Shown piece by piece: positions 9,299 through 17,693 of a stretch of DNA of 32,000 nt. A model generated the notes under the pieces. That model worked only from the letters and a program-made list of their open reading frames with translations, had not been told where the DNA came from and made no database searches. The position numbers and the translations under genes were made by a program. The stretch's first letter is position 1; the number at the start of each line of letters is the position of its first letter. The DNA is from Candidatus Kuenenia stuttgartensis (GTDB lineage: Bacteria; Planctomycetota; Brocadiia; Brocadiales; Brocadiaceae), in the NCBI RefSeq assembly GCF_900232105.1, contig NZ_LT934425.1:3960001-3992000 (forward strand). Reading direction: 5' to 3'.

Positions 9299-10122
9299 TA
9301 AGCAATAATTCAATCTATCTCCCGGAAATAGCAAAGATTGTGAGTATTAGACGTCTCACAGAGCTGGAAAAATATTTTGAAATACGTTTGGAAAATCAAA
9401 GAGAATTTTCTTTTATCCCGGGGCAATTTGTTCAACTGTCGGTTTTTGGAGTGGGCGAGGCGCCTATTTCAATATCGTCATCTCCATTTGACAAAGACAG
9501 TATTGGCGTATGCATCAGAAGAGTGGGGGACGTTACCTCAGCAATTCACAGGCTTGAAATTGGTTCATACCTGGGGATACGTGGTCCGTTAGGCAATGGT
9601 TTTCCAATAGAAGAATTAAAGAGGAAAGACATTTTATTTATTGCGGGAGGGCTCGGGTTAGCACCCTTGCGGTCGATGATTTATTATGTGCTTGAAAAAA
9701 GGCATGATTTCGGGAGAGTAATTATTCTCTATGGAACAAAAACCCCTGAAGAAATACTGTTCAGGGACGAGATGGAAACATGGAATAAAAGAGAAGATAT
9801 AGAATTGACCGTTACGATAAATCGGCCTGATAAAAACTGGTTAGGAAAAACGGGCGTCGTTACCAGACTTATTCCGTTTCTCAAACTGGATCCTCAGGAT
9901 ACATATGCATTAGTGGTGGGGCCACCCGTAATGTACAAATATGCTTTACTCGAACTTCAGGAAAAACGGATTCCGGCAACAAATATAATACTGTCACTGG
10001 AGAGGCGTATGAAATGCGGCGTTGGAAAGTGTGGCCATTGTCAGGTCAACGGTGTATATGTATGTCTCGATGGTCCTAAATTTAGCTATCAGATGTTAAA
10101 ATTTCTTCCGGAAGCGCTATGA
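9295..10122 (+). CDS. hyhG: [NiFe]-hydrogenase group 3b gamma subunit, FAD/NAD(P)-binding oxidoreductase with C-terminal 2Fe-2S, AsrB-like
   Basis: Contains FIAGGLGLAPLRSM (a GGxGxxP NAD-binding motif), a RRVGDVTS flavin-binding-like motif and a C-terminal CGVGKCGHCQV cluster motif. Start overlaps the hyhB stop by 4 nt. Confidence 0.8.
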   Translation: MISNNSIYLPEIAKIVSIRRLTELEKYFEIRLENQREFSFIPGQFVQLSVFGVGEAPISISSSPFDKDSIGVCIRRVGDVTSAIHRLEIGSYLGIRGPLGNGFPIEELKRKDILFIAGGLGLAPLRSMIYYVLEKRHDFGRVIILYGTKTPEEILFRDEMETWNKREDIELTVTINRPDKNWLGKTGVVTRLIPFLKLDPQDTYALVVGPPVMYKYALLELQEKRIPATNIILSLERRMKCGVGKCGHCQVNGVYVCLDGPKFSYQMLKFLPEAL

Positions 10123-10859
10123 ACAAAACAAGAGTTGCCTTTTTTTCATTTACCTGTTGTGAGGGGTGTCAGTTAACTGTTTTGGCATTAGAAGAACAGC
10201 TCTTCGATCTTGTTAAGTTGGTCGATATTGTAACGTTCAGAGAGGCCATGAGTGAAAAATCTGATGAATATGATTTAGCATTTGTTGAAGGCAGTATAAC
10301 CAGAAATTCAGAGATTGAGCAGGTTAAAAAGATACGTGATACGGCGAAGATTGTTGTTGCTTTAGGGGCTTGTGCAACGATCGGCGGCATTAATTGTCTA
10401 AAAAACCATTATGAAATGGATGACGTGAAAAAAATCGTTTACGGGAATATGGCAAATAATTTCGATACCATACCGGCACGCCCAATTGCAGCAGTCATAA
10501 AAATTGATTATACCATACATGGATGTCCCATAGATAAAGATGAATTTGTTGAAGTGGTAAAGGCGATTCTTCAGAAAAGAAAACCCCGTATACCAGGCTA
10601 TCCGGTATGTGTGGAATGCCAGATGAAGGAAAACGTGTGTCTCTTTGAAAAAGGTATGATTTGTTTGGGCCCTGTAACAAGAGCCGGTTGCAAGGCAATA
10701 TGTCCTACATACAATGATGGATGTGTGGGATGCCGTGGGCTGATAGATGATCCCAATATGTCTTCACATAAGAATTTATTAACGGAACATGGATTAACCA
10801 TCGATGAGGCTGTTGCAGAATATCGATTATTTGGTAGTTACAATCAGGATAAGCAATAA
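10119..10859 (+). CDS. hyhS: [NiFe]-hydrogenase group 3b small (delta) subunit
   Basis: FSFTCCEGCQL, VALGACATIGG, YPVCVECQ, CLGPVTRAGC and CVGCRG closely parallel my recollection of Pyrococcus HydD. Start overlaps the hyhG stop by 4 nt. Confidence 0.88.
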   Translation: MNKTRVAFFSFTCCEGCQLTVLALEEQLFDLVKLVDIVTFREAMSEKSDEYDLAFVEGSITRNSEIEQVKKIRDTAKIVVALGACATIGGINCLKNHYEMDDVKKIVYGNMANNFDTIPARPIAAVIKIDYTIHGCPIDKDEFVEVVKAILQKRKPRIPGYPVCVECQMKENVCLFEKGMICLGPVTRAGCKAICPTYNDGCVGCRGLIDDPNMSSHKNLLTEHGLTIDEAVAEYRLFGSYNQDKQ

Positions 10860-10878
10860 TATTCAAAGGGAACGTTGA

Positions 10879-12168
10879 ATGCATGATTTACATGTAAATA
10901 TTGAACATATAACCCGTGTCGAAGGACATGGAAATATTGTGATAGACGTTAAGAACGGGCAGGTGAAAGAATTGAGGCTTGATATAGTTGAGTCTCCAAG
11001 GTTCTTCGAAGCGATGGTGAGAGGCAGGACGTATAAAGAGGCCGCTCATATTACATCGCGAATATGCGGAATTTGTGCCGTTACCCATACAACAACGTCA
11101 ATAAAGGCTATAGAGTCAGCACTCGGCTTTACACCATCGCAACAAACAATAAAATTGCGAAAACTACTCCTTAACGCGGAATTTATTCAAAGCCATATTC
11201 TTCATACCTATTTTCTGACTGTACCTGATTTTTTTGGTGTGAAGAGTATATTTGGCATGATAAAAGATAACAAGGAAAGCATCGTAAGGGGAATGCGGCT
11301 TAAGGCCCTTGCGAATGATTTGTGTGCCATGGTCGGTGGTAGGCATGTACATCCTATTACATTGAATGTAGGCTGTTTCTCAAAAATTCCTGAGAAAAGG
11401 GATTTTGAGCAGTTTAAAAAAAGGATAGAGGATTCGAGGGGAGATATTGATGAAACGGTAAAATTCTTTAAGCATCTGAGAACCCCGGAATTTGAAAGAG
11501 AAACAGAATATATCTCGCTTACCCATCCGGATGAATACGCTTTGTATGATGGCAATATCAAATCGAGCTATAATGGAGAAGTGAAACCTTCGGAATATCT
11601 CAAAAGAGTAAAGGAATTTATTGTAAAACACTCCACCGCAAAACATGCAAAATCATTCCGGGATTCATATATGGTGGGAGCTTTGGCAAGATTCAATAAC
11701 AACTATGAACGTCTCCATCCAAAAGCAAAAGAGGCGGCGGAAGAAATGGGCTTAAAACACCCCTGTTACAATCCATATATGAATAATGTTGCTCAGGTTG
11801 TTGAAACAGTTCATTGTTTTGAGGATAGTATTGGATTGATAGATGAATTGCTTTCGGACAATTTGAAGGAAGAAACCGTGGCATTACTCCCCAAAGCAGC
11901 GAGCGGTGTTGGCGCTACCGAGGCTCCCCGTGGGACATTGTACCATGAACATACATTAGACGATAATGGCAGGATTACCTATGGAAATTTCATAATTCCA
12001 ACGGCACAAAACCTTGCAAATATAGAAAATGATTTAAAGTTATTGATTCCTAAAATAGTAAATAAACCGAGGGATGAGATAATCCTTGATGTAGAAATGC
12101 TTGTGCGTGCATATGACCCGTGTATATCGTGTGCGACACATCTGATGAAAGTTGAATTTGTAAAATGA
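10879..12168 (+). CDS. hyhL: [NiFe]-hydrogenase group 3b large (alpha) subunit
   Basis: N-terminal Ni-binding motif RICGICAVTH (RxCGxCxxxH) and C-terminal DPCISCATH (DPCxxCxxH). These are followed by an 8-aa tail (LMKVEFVK) of the kind removed by a maturation endopeptidase. Confidence 0.93.
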   Translation: MHDLHVNIEHITRVEGHGNIVIDVKNGQVKELRLDIVESPRFFEAMVRGRTYKEAAHITSRICGICAVTHTTTSIKAIESALGFTPSQQTIKLRKLLLNAEFIQSHILHTYFLTVPDFFGVKSIFGMIKDNKESIVRGMRLKALANDLCAMVGGRHVHPITLNVGCFSKIPEKRDFEQFKKRIEDSRGDIDETVKFFKHLRTPEFERETEYISLTHPDEYALYDGNIKSSYNGEVKPSEYLKRVKEFIVKHSTAKHAKSFRDSYMVGALARFNNNYERLHPKAKEAAEEMGLKHPCYNPYMNNVAQVVETVHCFEDSIGLIDELLSDNLKEETVALLPKAASGVGATEAPRGTLYHEHTLDDNGRITYGNFIIPTAQNLANIENDLKLLIPKIVNKPRDEIILDVEMLVRAYDPCISCATHLMKVEFVK

Positions 12169-12183
12169 GGAAATACAATAAAA

Positions 12184-12226
12184 GTAACAATTTAGTTTTT
12201 TGAAAAAAAAGAGGGCGAAGTATTTG
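12184..12226 (+). repeat. Solo copy of the arm unit of the 6373-6523 foldback element
   Basis: gtaacaatttagttttttgaaaaaaaagagggcgaagtatttg matches the reverse complement of the right arm 6482-6523 (gtaacactttagttttttgaaaaagtaggggcgaagcatttg) with a few substitutions. It starts 16 nt after the hyhL stop and runs directly into the integrase-like reading frame. Confidence 0.8.
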
Positions 12227-12231
12227 CCAGC

Positions 12232-12447
12232 ATGGGTATTAAGGTCATACGTACCCTCAAACCAACACGCCTGCCAGTGGTTATGACTTGCGATGAAGTG
12301 AAAGCCGTTCTTGCAAACTTGACGGGCGATAAGTGGCTCATGGCCTTGCTTATGTATGGTTCGGGGTTACGTTTGATGGAGTGCCTTGAGTTGCGCGTAC
12401 AGAACCCGGTTGAATGTCCTAAAAAAATCCATCCTGCAGCCTTATAG
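12232..12447 (+). pseudogene. Internal fragment of an integron-integrase-like (IntI/XerCD-type) tyrosine recombinase
   Basis: IRTLKPTRLPVVMTCDEVKAVLANLTGDKWLMALLMYGSGLRLMECLELRV parallels IntI1 [52 protein letters not shown] from memory. Similarity stops at about nt 12402 (QNPVEC instead of KDxDF). The N-terminal domain and the catalytic R-H-R-Y region are both absent. Confidence 0.7.
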
Positions 12448-12594
12448 CGGATGTTCACCCCTGCCAAAACGCATAAGTGCTTAATACATAGTTTGTTAAG
12501 GCTGTATTTTTAATAAATATGTAGTCACTAATATATTGTTATTATACGACAATATACTTGACGGATAATGGTTGTTATCTGTACAATGGTGGAC

Positions 12595-13962
12595 ATGCAT
12601 ATTGTAGAGAACAAGTCAAAATCCGGTAAAAAAATCTATCGATCTACCCTTCTGCGGGAATCGTACCGTGAGGATGGGAAGGTCAAGAAACGCACCATTG
12701 CGAATCTGTCGAATTGCACTCCCCTGGAGATTGAAGCGATAAGACTTGCACTCGCACATAAAGACGATCTCTGTGCATTGGGCGCATTGTCAGAATCGGT
12801 GAAACTCCATGAGGGTTTGTCTGTGGGAGCAGCGTGGAGCGTGTACCAAGTGGCAAAGGAATTAGGGATAGAAGAGGCATTGGGAAAGGACTTTGAAGGA
12901 AAGCTGGCGCTTTGGCAAGTAATGGCAAGGGTAATAGGCCGGGGGTCAAGACTGTCTGCAGTAAGGCTGGCGCAGATACATGCTGCGGGTGACGTCCTGG
13001 ATATGAAGCGTGGGTTTGACGAGAACAATCTGTACGATAATTTGTCATGGTTGTCAGAGAATCAGGCAAAGATAGAGCGAAAGCTGTTTGAGTTAAGACG
13101 AGGAGGCAATAAGCCGAAGTTGTTTTTGTATGACGTGACGAGCAGTTATTTAGAGGGGAAGTCGAATCATTTTGGTGAGTACGGGTATAATCGTGACGGC
13201 AAAAAGAGGAAAAAACAGATAGTGATCGGTATGCTTTGTGATGAATCCGGGGAGCCGGTATCAACAGAAGTATTTAGGGGCAACACCCAGGATCCGAAGA
13301 CCTTTGAATCTCAGGTAAAGAAGGTATTAGAGCGGTTTGGATGCAAAGATGTAACGATTGTAGGAGATCGTGGGATGATCAAGACGGTGCAAATCGAAAG
13401 TTTACCGGAAGGGTTTCATTACATAACGGCGATAACTAAGCCGCAGATAGAGTCGTTGATAAATAAAGGGATACTGCAATTAGGATTGTTCGAAGAAAAG
13501 CTCTGCGAGATAAAGGATGATGAGGTTCGATATATTCTGAGGCGCAATCCGGTAAGGGCGGAAGAGATGTCAAAGACCCGTGTATCAAAATTACAGAGTA
13601 TAGAGAAATACATCGTGAAGAAGAACAGTTATCTGAAGGAACATCCTAAGTCGTCAGTATCGAAGGCACTGGAAACAACAAGGGAAAGGCTAACGAGATT
13701 GAAACTTGATGGGTGGGTGCAGATAAAAGAAGAGGATAGGACGCTAAAGATAGAGAGAGCTGAGGAAGCATTAAAGGAGGCATCATACCTTGATGGTTGT
13801 TACGCAATCAAGACTGATCTTGAGGAGAACGAGGCGGATACCAATCTGGTACATGAACGATACAAGGATTTAACGGAAGTGGAGAAGGCGTTTCGGGACT
13901 GTAAGACGGTGAATTTGGAGGTTCGTCCGGTGTATGTAAGTGCTAAGCCCCACAATAAATGA
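12595..13962 (+). CDS. IS1634-family (IS4-like) DDE transposase, 3'-truncated
   Basis: The N-terminus MHIVENKSKSGKKIYRSTLLRESYREDGKVKKRTIANL is typical of IS1634 transposases, and the likely start is ATG 12595 (the ORF track starts at 12568). DDE-region strings are LFLYDVTSSYLEG, IVGDRGMI and EVEKAFRDCK. The expected RPxYH...RVxAH C-terminus is replaced after RPVY (about nt 13935) by an 8-codon foreign tail. Confidence 0.8.
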   Translation: MHIVENKSKSGKKIYRSTLLRESYREDGKVKKRTIANLSNCTPLEIEAIRLALAHKDDLCALGALSESVKLHEGLSVGAAWSVYQVAKELGIEEALGKDFEGKLALWQVMARVIGRGSRLSAVRLAQIHAAGDVLDMKRGFDENNLYDNLSWLSENQAKIERKLFELRRGGNKPKLFLYDVTSSYLEGKSNHFGEYGYNRDGKKRKKQIVIGMLCDESGEPVSTEVFRGNTQDPKTFESQVKKVLERFGCKDVTIVGDRGMIKTVQIESLPEGFHYITAITKPQIESLINKGILQLGLFEEKLCEIKDDEVRYILRRNPVRAEEMSKTRVSKLQSIEKYIVKKNSYLKEHPKSSVSKALETTRERLTRLKLDGWVQIKEEDRTLKIERAEEALKEASYLDGCYAIKTDLEENEADTNLVHERYKDLTEVEKAFRDCKTVNLEVRPVYVSAKPHNK

Positions 13963-13978
13963 ACCTGGAATTCTCAGA

Positions 13979-14281
13979 TTAAGTGGAATTAATATATTGA
14001 GGTAAAACGGATTTTAGCAGATAGACAGCATCTGGGAAAGAGGAGTTGGAATCTACCATGACGATGTCGATGGTATTAAAGTTTTTTTTACAACGGAAAC
14101 ACCTGGCGAGGTTCGTATTTGGGTTGGTGGCGGAATTAAATTCAGAACAGAGAGGGCAGAGGAAGCGGAAATAGCCTTCGGAGTATTTATGAGGTATGGA
14201 GAGGACATCAGCGATGAGTCGATCGATGGGGATATCGTTTCGTAATGAGCGCAAGAGTTGAGGGGAAAAGAGACGGGCCAT
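13979..14281 (-). CDS. Small CHC2-like zinc-finger protein (transposon accessory gene)
   Basis: 100 aa. FRFLCPLCSEFNSATNPNTNLARCFRC resembles the DnaG-type CHC2 finger pattern CPFHxExxPSFxVx(n)CFGC. SD aaggagg lies upstream of the ATG. It is last in the transposon gene string. Confidence 0.55.
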   Translation of the reverse strand: MARLFSPQLLRSLRNDIPIDRLIADVLSIPHKYSEGYFRFLCPLCSEFNSATNPNTNLARCFRCKKNFNTIDIVMVDSNSSFPDAVYLLKSVLPQYINST

Positions 14282-14292
14282 GGTAGACCTCC

Positions 14293-15084
14293 TTAAAAAG
14301 ATTGAATTTCAGCAAGAGCCTGATGGAAGATATCCTGGGTAATTTTCTGTGATTGTCTGATGGAAGCGTTAATCAGGCAGGCGGTGGAAATGGCGTTGAT
14401 TTGCCTTGGGATGCCGGCGGAGAACTCATGGATCAGGTCTTTGACGTCTGAGTCAAAGATTTTATCGGATGCGCCGGAAGATTTCAGATGGAAGTCTATG
14501 TATGCAGCGGTTTGAGTTTTAGTAAGGGGATGAATGTGGTAATGTACCGAGATGCGTTGTGCGAAGTCGGCATGGATGTCTCTTTTGAGGATATATTTGA
14601 GGTGTTCCTGTCCCGAGAGGATGATTTTGAGATGAGTGGAAGAATCAAGCGGAGAGCTGACAAGGAGTCTGAGGTCTGTGATGGCGTCGGTTTTCAGGAG
14701 ATGAGCCTCGTCGATAACGATAATGGGAGTGAGATTTGAGCGCAAGGATTTATCCATAATTTGGAGGAAGAGCCGGTCTTTGGTGTGTTTTGGTATTTCA
14801 CCGAGCTGGGAGACGATTAAGGAGAGAAGGCTGGATGATTTTAGGTGGGTAAAATGGAGGTAGATGGGGAGAAACAGGTTTTGGGGGATTTGTGAGAGGA
14901 AGAGTTTGAGGAGTGTGGATTTTCCGACTCCCGTCTGTCCGTAGAGGACGGCGATAGAGCCTGAGTGTAAGAGGTATTGGAGTCGTGCAAGCCCCTGGGT
15001 AAAGCGTTCGTCTTTCATGATAAGGCTGGTGTTGATTCTTTCAGAGAACGGCTGAGTAGTCATGGAAAAATGAGAAGTAAACAT
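14293..15084 (-). CDS. TniB/ExeA-like AAA+ ATPase (transposition helper)
   Basis: Walker A is YGQTGVGKSTLL and Walker B is IIVIDEAHLL. At 263 aa it lies directly downstream of the rve transposase, with a 2-nt gap. Confidence 0.8.
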   Translation of the reverse strand: MFTSHFSMTTQPFSERINTSLIMKDERFTQGLARLQYLLHSGSIAVLYGQTGVGKSTLLKLFLSQIPQNLFLPIYLHFTHLKSSSLLSLIVSQLGEIPKHTKDRLFLQIMDKSLRSNLTPIIVIDEAHLLKTDAITDLRLLVSSPLDSSTHLKIILSGQEHLKYILKRDIHADFAQRISVHYHIHPLTKTQTAAYIDFHLKSSGASDKIFDSDVKDLIHEFSAGIPRQINAISTACLINASIRQSQKITQDIFHQALAEIQSF

Positions 15085-15086
15085 GG

Positions 15087-16647
15087 TTAAGAGACCTCCT
15101 TTTTCGAGTAAGCGATTTGTAATTCACGAATGATATAGGGTAAGGTTTTCACGGAGGCATTTTGGAATGCCTCCGTGAGCAATGATTCGTTGAGAGCGGG
15201 GATACGGTTGTAGCATTTTTTAAGCGATTCGAGTTCATGAGAGCTGAAGGCGGAGAGAGAGCCTTTGTGTCCCATGAGGAGTGCGAGTTTCTGGACGAAT
15301 GCCATGAATGGCCAGGGTCGTTCGGAGATGATTTGGTGGTAATCAATGCCTTTGGCCTGAGCCTGGAGAATGGATTTGTGTTTCTGAGTGATAAGGTCGA
15401 GGTAATTATGTTTTGGTTTTGAAGGTGAGGCGGCTGGAGTTTCAGCGCCCTGGTCGCGCAGGTAGAGATTTCCCGAGCCGAGGTATTCACCGTTTGCGGA
15501 ATAGATCAAGACCTTTTTGAGATCGCCGTATGGGTCGTAACGGACTTCTACTTTATCGCCTCTGAGTTTGGGGTCAACACGGTAAAAGCGGTTATCAATG
15601 CGGACATCGGCAAAGGTTCTGTCAACGGTTCTGGGGATGCGTTTCATGAAGAAGGCAAGAGCGGCGTCCATATCGACGTGTCGGATGACGGTAAGCCCCT
15701 CGTCGTAGCGTTGTTTTGGAGATTGATTGGTTTCGGAGTGGATTCTTGCGTGATAGACAACGGCAAGGTAAGCGGAGAAGGCCTGGTTAATGGCATCAAG
15801 GGTGATAATGTCGCCGGAGCGGACTTCCGACTCGAACTGTGTCTGGCTGGTGCCGAAGAAACGTTCGACCAGTCCGCCGGGAGCAGGGTCGCGTGGTGGT
15901 CTGTGGATGAGTTTAATGCCGAGGTTGTAACAGGCAGAGCGCAGGGCGTCAGAGTGGTAGACCTTGGCATTGTCGAGGTAGAGTTCTTTGGGCGAGCCGT
16001 GGATAGTCCAGGCCCTGATGAGAGAATCGATAAGGATATCGAGGGTTTGTTTGAGATAATACCGTCCTTCGACCACATAACGGCTGTAGCAGTCGATAAA
16101 GAGACAGAGGTTTGTGGGAAGCGCCTCGCCGTCAACGAGCACGAAAGGGCCTTCCTGGAAGTCGCCAATCCAGAGGTCGTGGGTATGCTCACGGCTAAGA
16201 GCGTATACGCACCTTTTGCTGTGAGACGCCGAGTTTGAGCCGGGTCGCCCCTGCGAGTCTGAGATGGCGGTAGAGGGTGGATTTGGGGATCGTTTTCCCA
16301 TAGTATTTCTCAAGAAAGCGGTTGAGGCAATCGTCGCTGCGGCGTGGTTGTTCTTTTTTGAGTTCAACGGCTTTGTCGATAATTTCAGGAGAAAACCTTC
16401 TGGATGCGCCACGGTCGCTCCTCGCCTTTCTTGCAAGAGATTGAAATCCATCTTTGCGGTAGCGGTTGAGTTTTCTCCTGAGGGTAGAGATAGTGGGTCT
16501 TTTCCGCTTTCCGTTGGGGAATACGACCTCCTGAAGGCAGAGTTTTTTCAGAAAAAGGTTGGTCTGCTCCTTCTCAATCTCACCGAAGATGACAGGATGC
16601 AGAAGATTGCACCAGAATAAAGCCCATTTTTCGTCTTTCGATTTCAT
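15087..16647 (-). pseudogene. TniA/MuA-like DDE (rve) transposase split into two frames
   Basis: The N-terminal HTH part is ORF 16195-16647. The catalytic part is ORF 15087-16451, meaningful from about 16213 downward. DDE strings are HDLWIGDF, ELYLDNAKVYHS and GGLVERFF. The Mu-transposase C-terminal-like string is DRTFADVRIDNRFYRV...KVEVRYDPYGDL. The two frames meet at a run of four A (minus strand CAAAAGG, + strand 16214-16217) and differ by +1. Confidence 0.8.
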
Positions 16648-16685
16648 AATTCACCTCCTTTTTTAAGTGTGGAGGTGATTGTAAC

Positions 16686-17324
16686 TCAAGACCAGCCGCT
16701 TTTTGTTGCCAGTTCGGGGAAAAATGAATGCCCAAAAATTCGGTGATATTCCGGCTCGGCGCTGAACAATTGAATCGATTGATCGAGGGAGGTTTTTCGT
16801 TGTTTGCTTTTATACTTTCCGTGGTAAATGGGAAACATTTGGCGAAAAACCGGAGAGTTGGGGTCGGCCTGCCTGATGAGGTCAAAGGCGTTGCGGAGTG
16901 TGTATTTCAGTGAGCCAAAGAAACGCAGCCACCTCCAAACGGTTGACCAGGCAAGCATGCGGTTGTCTATTTCCTGTGTTCGGGTAGTATATCCGATGGC
17001 AGAGGAGACACTCCGGTAGGTTTCTGTATCATCTTTGACATAAGCCTGACTGAAGGAGAGACAGTGATCCTTTACGTACCGCTTGTAAGGGAGCGCATAC
17101 TCAGGATAGGAAGTAAACGTCTTCTTGCACAAGGAACATTTCCAACGTCCCAGGAAAGATTCTATCGTATGAACAAGGGAGTCGATAATAACGTGAAACA
17201 ACCGATATCTGCATTCATGAAGGGTGAAATTGACATGGGTACTCTTGCACTTTGGACAAAAGCATGGCTTCTGTTTTGTCGCAATAAGCTTTTCATGCTT
17301 GTGGATTTTTTCTATAATATTCAC
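16686..17324 (-). CDS. Zinc-ribbon protein, DUF6431-like (transposase-associated)
   Basis: 212 aa, GTG start preceded by aaggagg. Two CxxC pairs (CPKCKS...HECRY and CSLCKKTFTSYPEYALPYKRY) match a pattern I recall from DUF6431 proteins found upstream of transposases. The assignment is tentative. Confidence 0.5.
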   Translation of the reverse strand: MNIIEKIHKHEKLIATKQKPCFCPKCKSTHVNFTLHECRYRLFHVIIDSLVHTIESFLGRWKCSLCKKTFTSYPEYALPYKRYVKDHCLSFSQAYVKDDTETYRSVSSAIGYTTRTQEIDNRMLAWSTVWRWLRFFGSLKYTLRNAFDLIRQADPNSPVFRQMFPIYHGKYKSKQRKTSLDQSIQLFSAEPEYHRIFGHSFFPELATKSGWS

Positions 17325-17354
17325 GCACTGCCTCCTTTGTATAGGGGGGAAATG

Positions 17355-17405
17355 GGCAGGAGGATGAAGTTTCCCAACGTTCGGTCCTCCTGCCCTGAGT
17401 TTTTT
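17355..17405 (+). terminator. Strong hairpin followed by a T-run (intrinsic-terminator-like) inside the proposed transposon end region
   Basis: Perfect 10-bp GC-rich stem ggcaggagga (17355-17364) / tcctcctgcc (17385-17394) with a 20-nt loop. A T6 run lies at 17400-17405, beginning 5 nt after the stem. Confidence 0.4.
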
Positions 17406-17693
17406 ATGTTCCGGAAAAATCTTACAAAACTTGTCCTCGTGAAAACGGGGAACTGGGAAGTAAACCGCCGTTAGGAAGTTTGGAAGTGGTTTTAACCCCT
17501 TCCAAACTATTTAATGAGGCTTTACTCCGCCTTACGGACGTAACTTCTTTCTAACGGGGTAAACGATGTATTTTTCTTAACGTGAACAAAAAATCAAGTG
17601 AAATACTTACGCAGGATAAAAAAAATGCGGGGTAGCTGGGTAAGATTTTTCAAATCATTTGCTGGGTATTAGACTCAAATATTCTGAGACTAA

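Larger units (their letters stand above)
13935..17613 (-). mobile_element. Mu/Tn7/Tn5053-like (TniA/TniB-type) transposable element with four genes; boundaries tentative
   Basis: Four co-oriented minus-strand genes, all with strong Shine-Dalgarno sites: a Zn-ribbon protein, an rve/Mu-type transposase, an AAA+ ATPase and a CHC2-like Zn-finger protein. The right junction coincides with the break in the IS1634 transposase ORF. Read inward, both proposed termini start TG and share GTAAGT (13935 tgtaagtgc; reverse complement of 17605-17613 tgcgtaagt). This is only a short match. Confidence 0.5.

Noticed and set aside
12192-12467. 91-aa minus-strand ORF antisense to the integrase-like fragment.
   Set aside because: The + strand frame has clear tyrosine-recombinase similarity, while the antisense translation has none.
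14488-16620. Plus-strand ORFs (14488-14739, 15237-15422, 15678-16238, 16264-16620) and the nested minus-strand ORFs 15149-15490 and 15644-16192 within the transposon genes.
   Set aside because: All lie within, or in alternative frames of, the well-supported TniA-like and TniB-like genes and have no motifs.
13935-17613. Similarity of the transposon end motifs (TTCACTTGA) to phage Mu MuA-binding sites, considered as evidence for a Mu-like prophage.
   Set aside because: Only a 9-nt resemblance recalled from memory. No phage structural, lysis or regulatory genes are present. It is treated as a transposon only.
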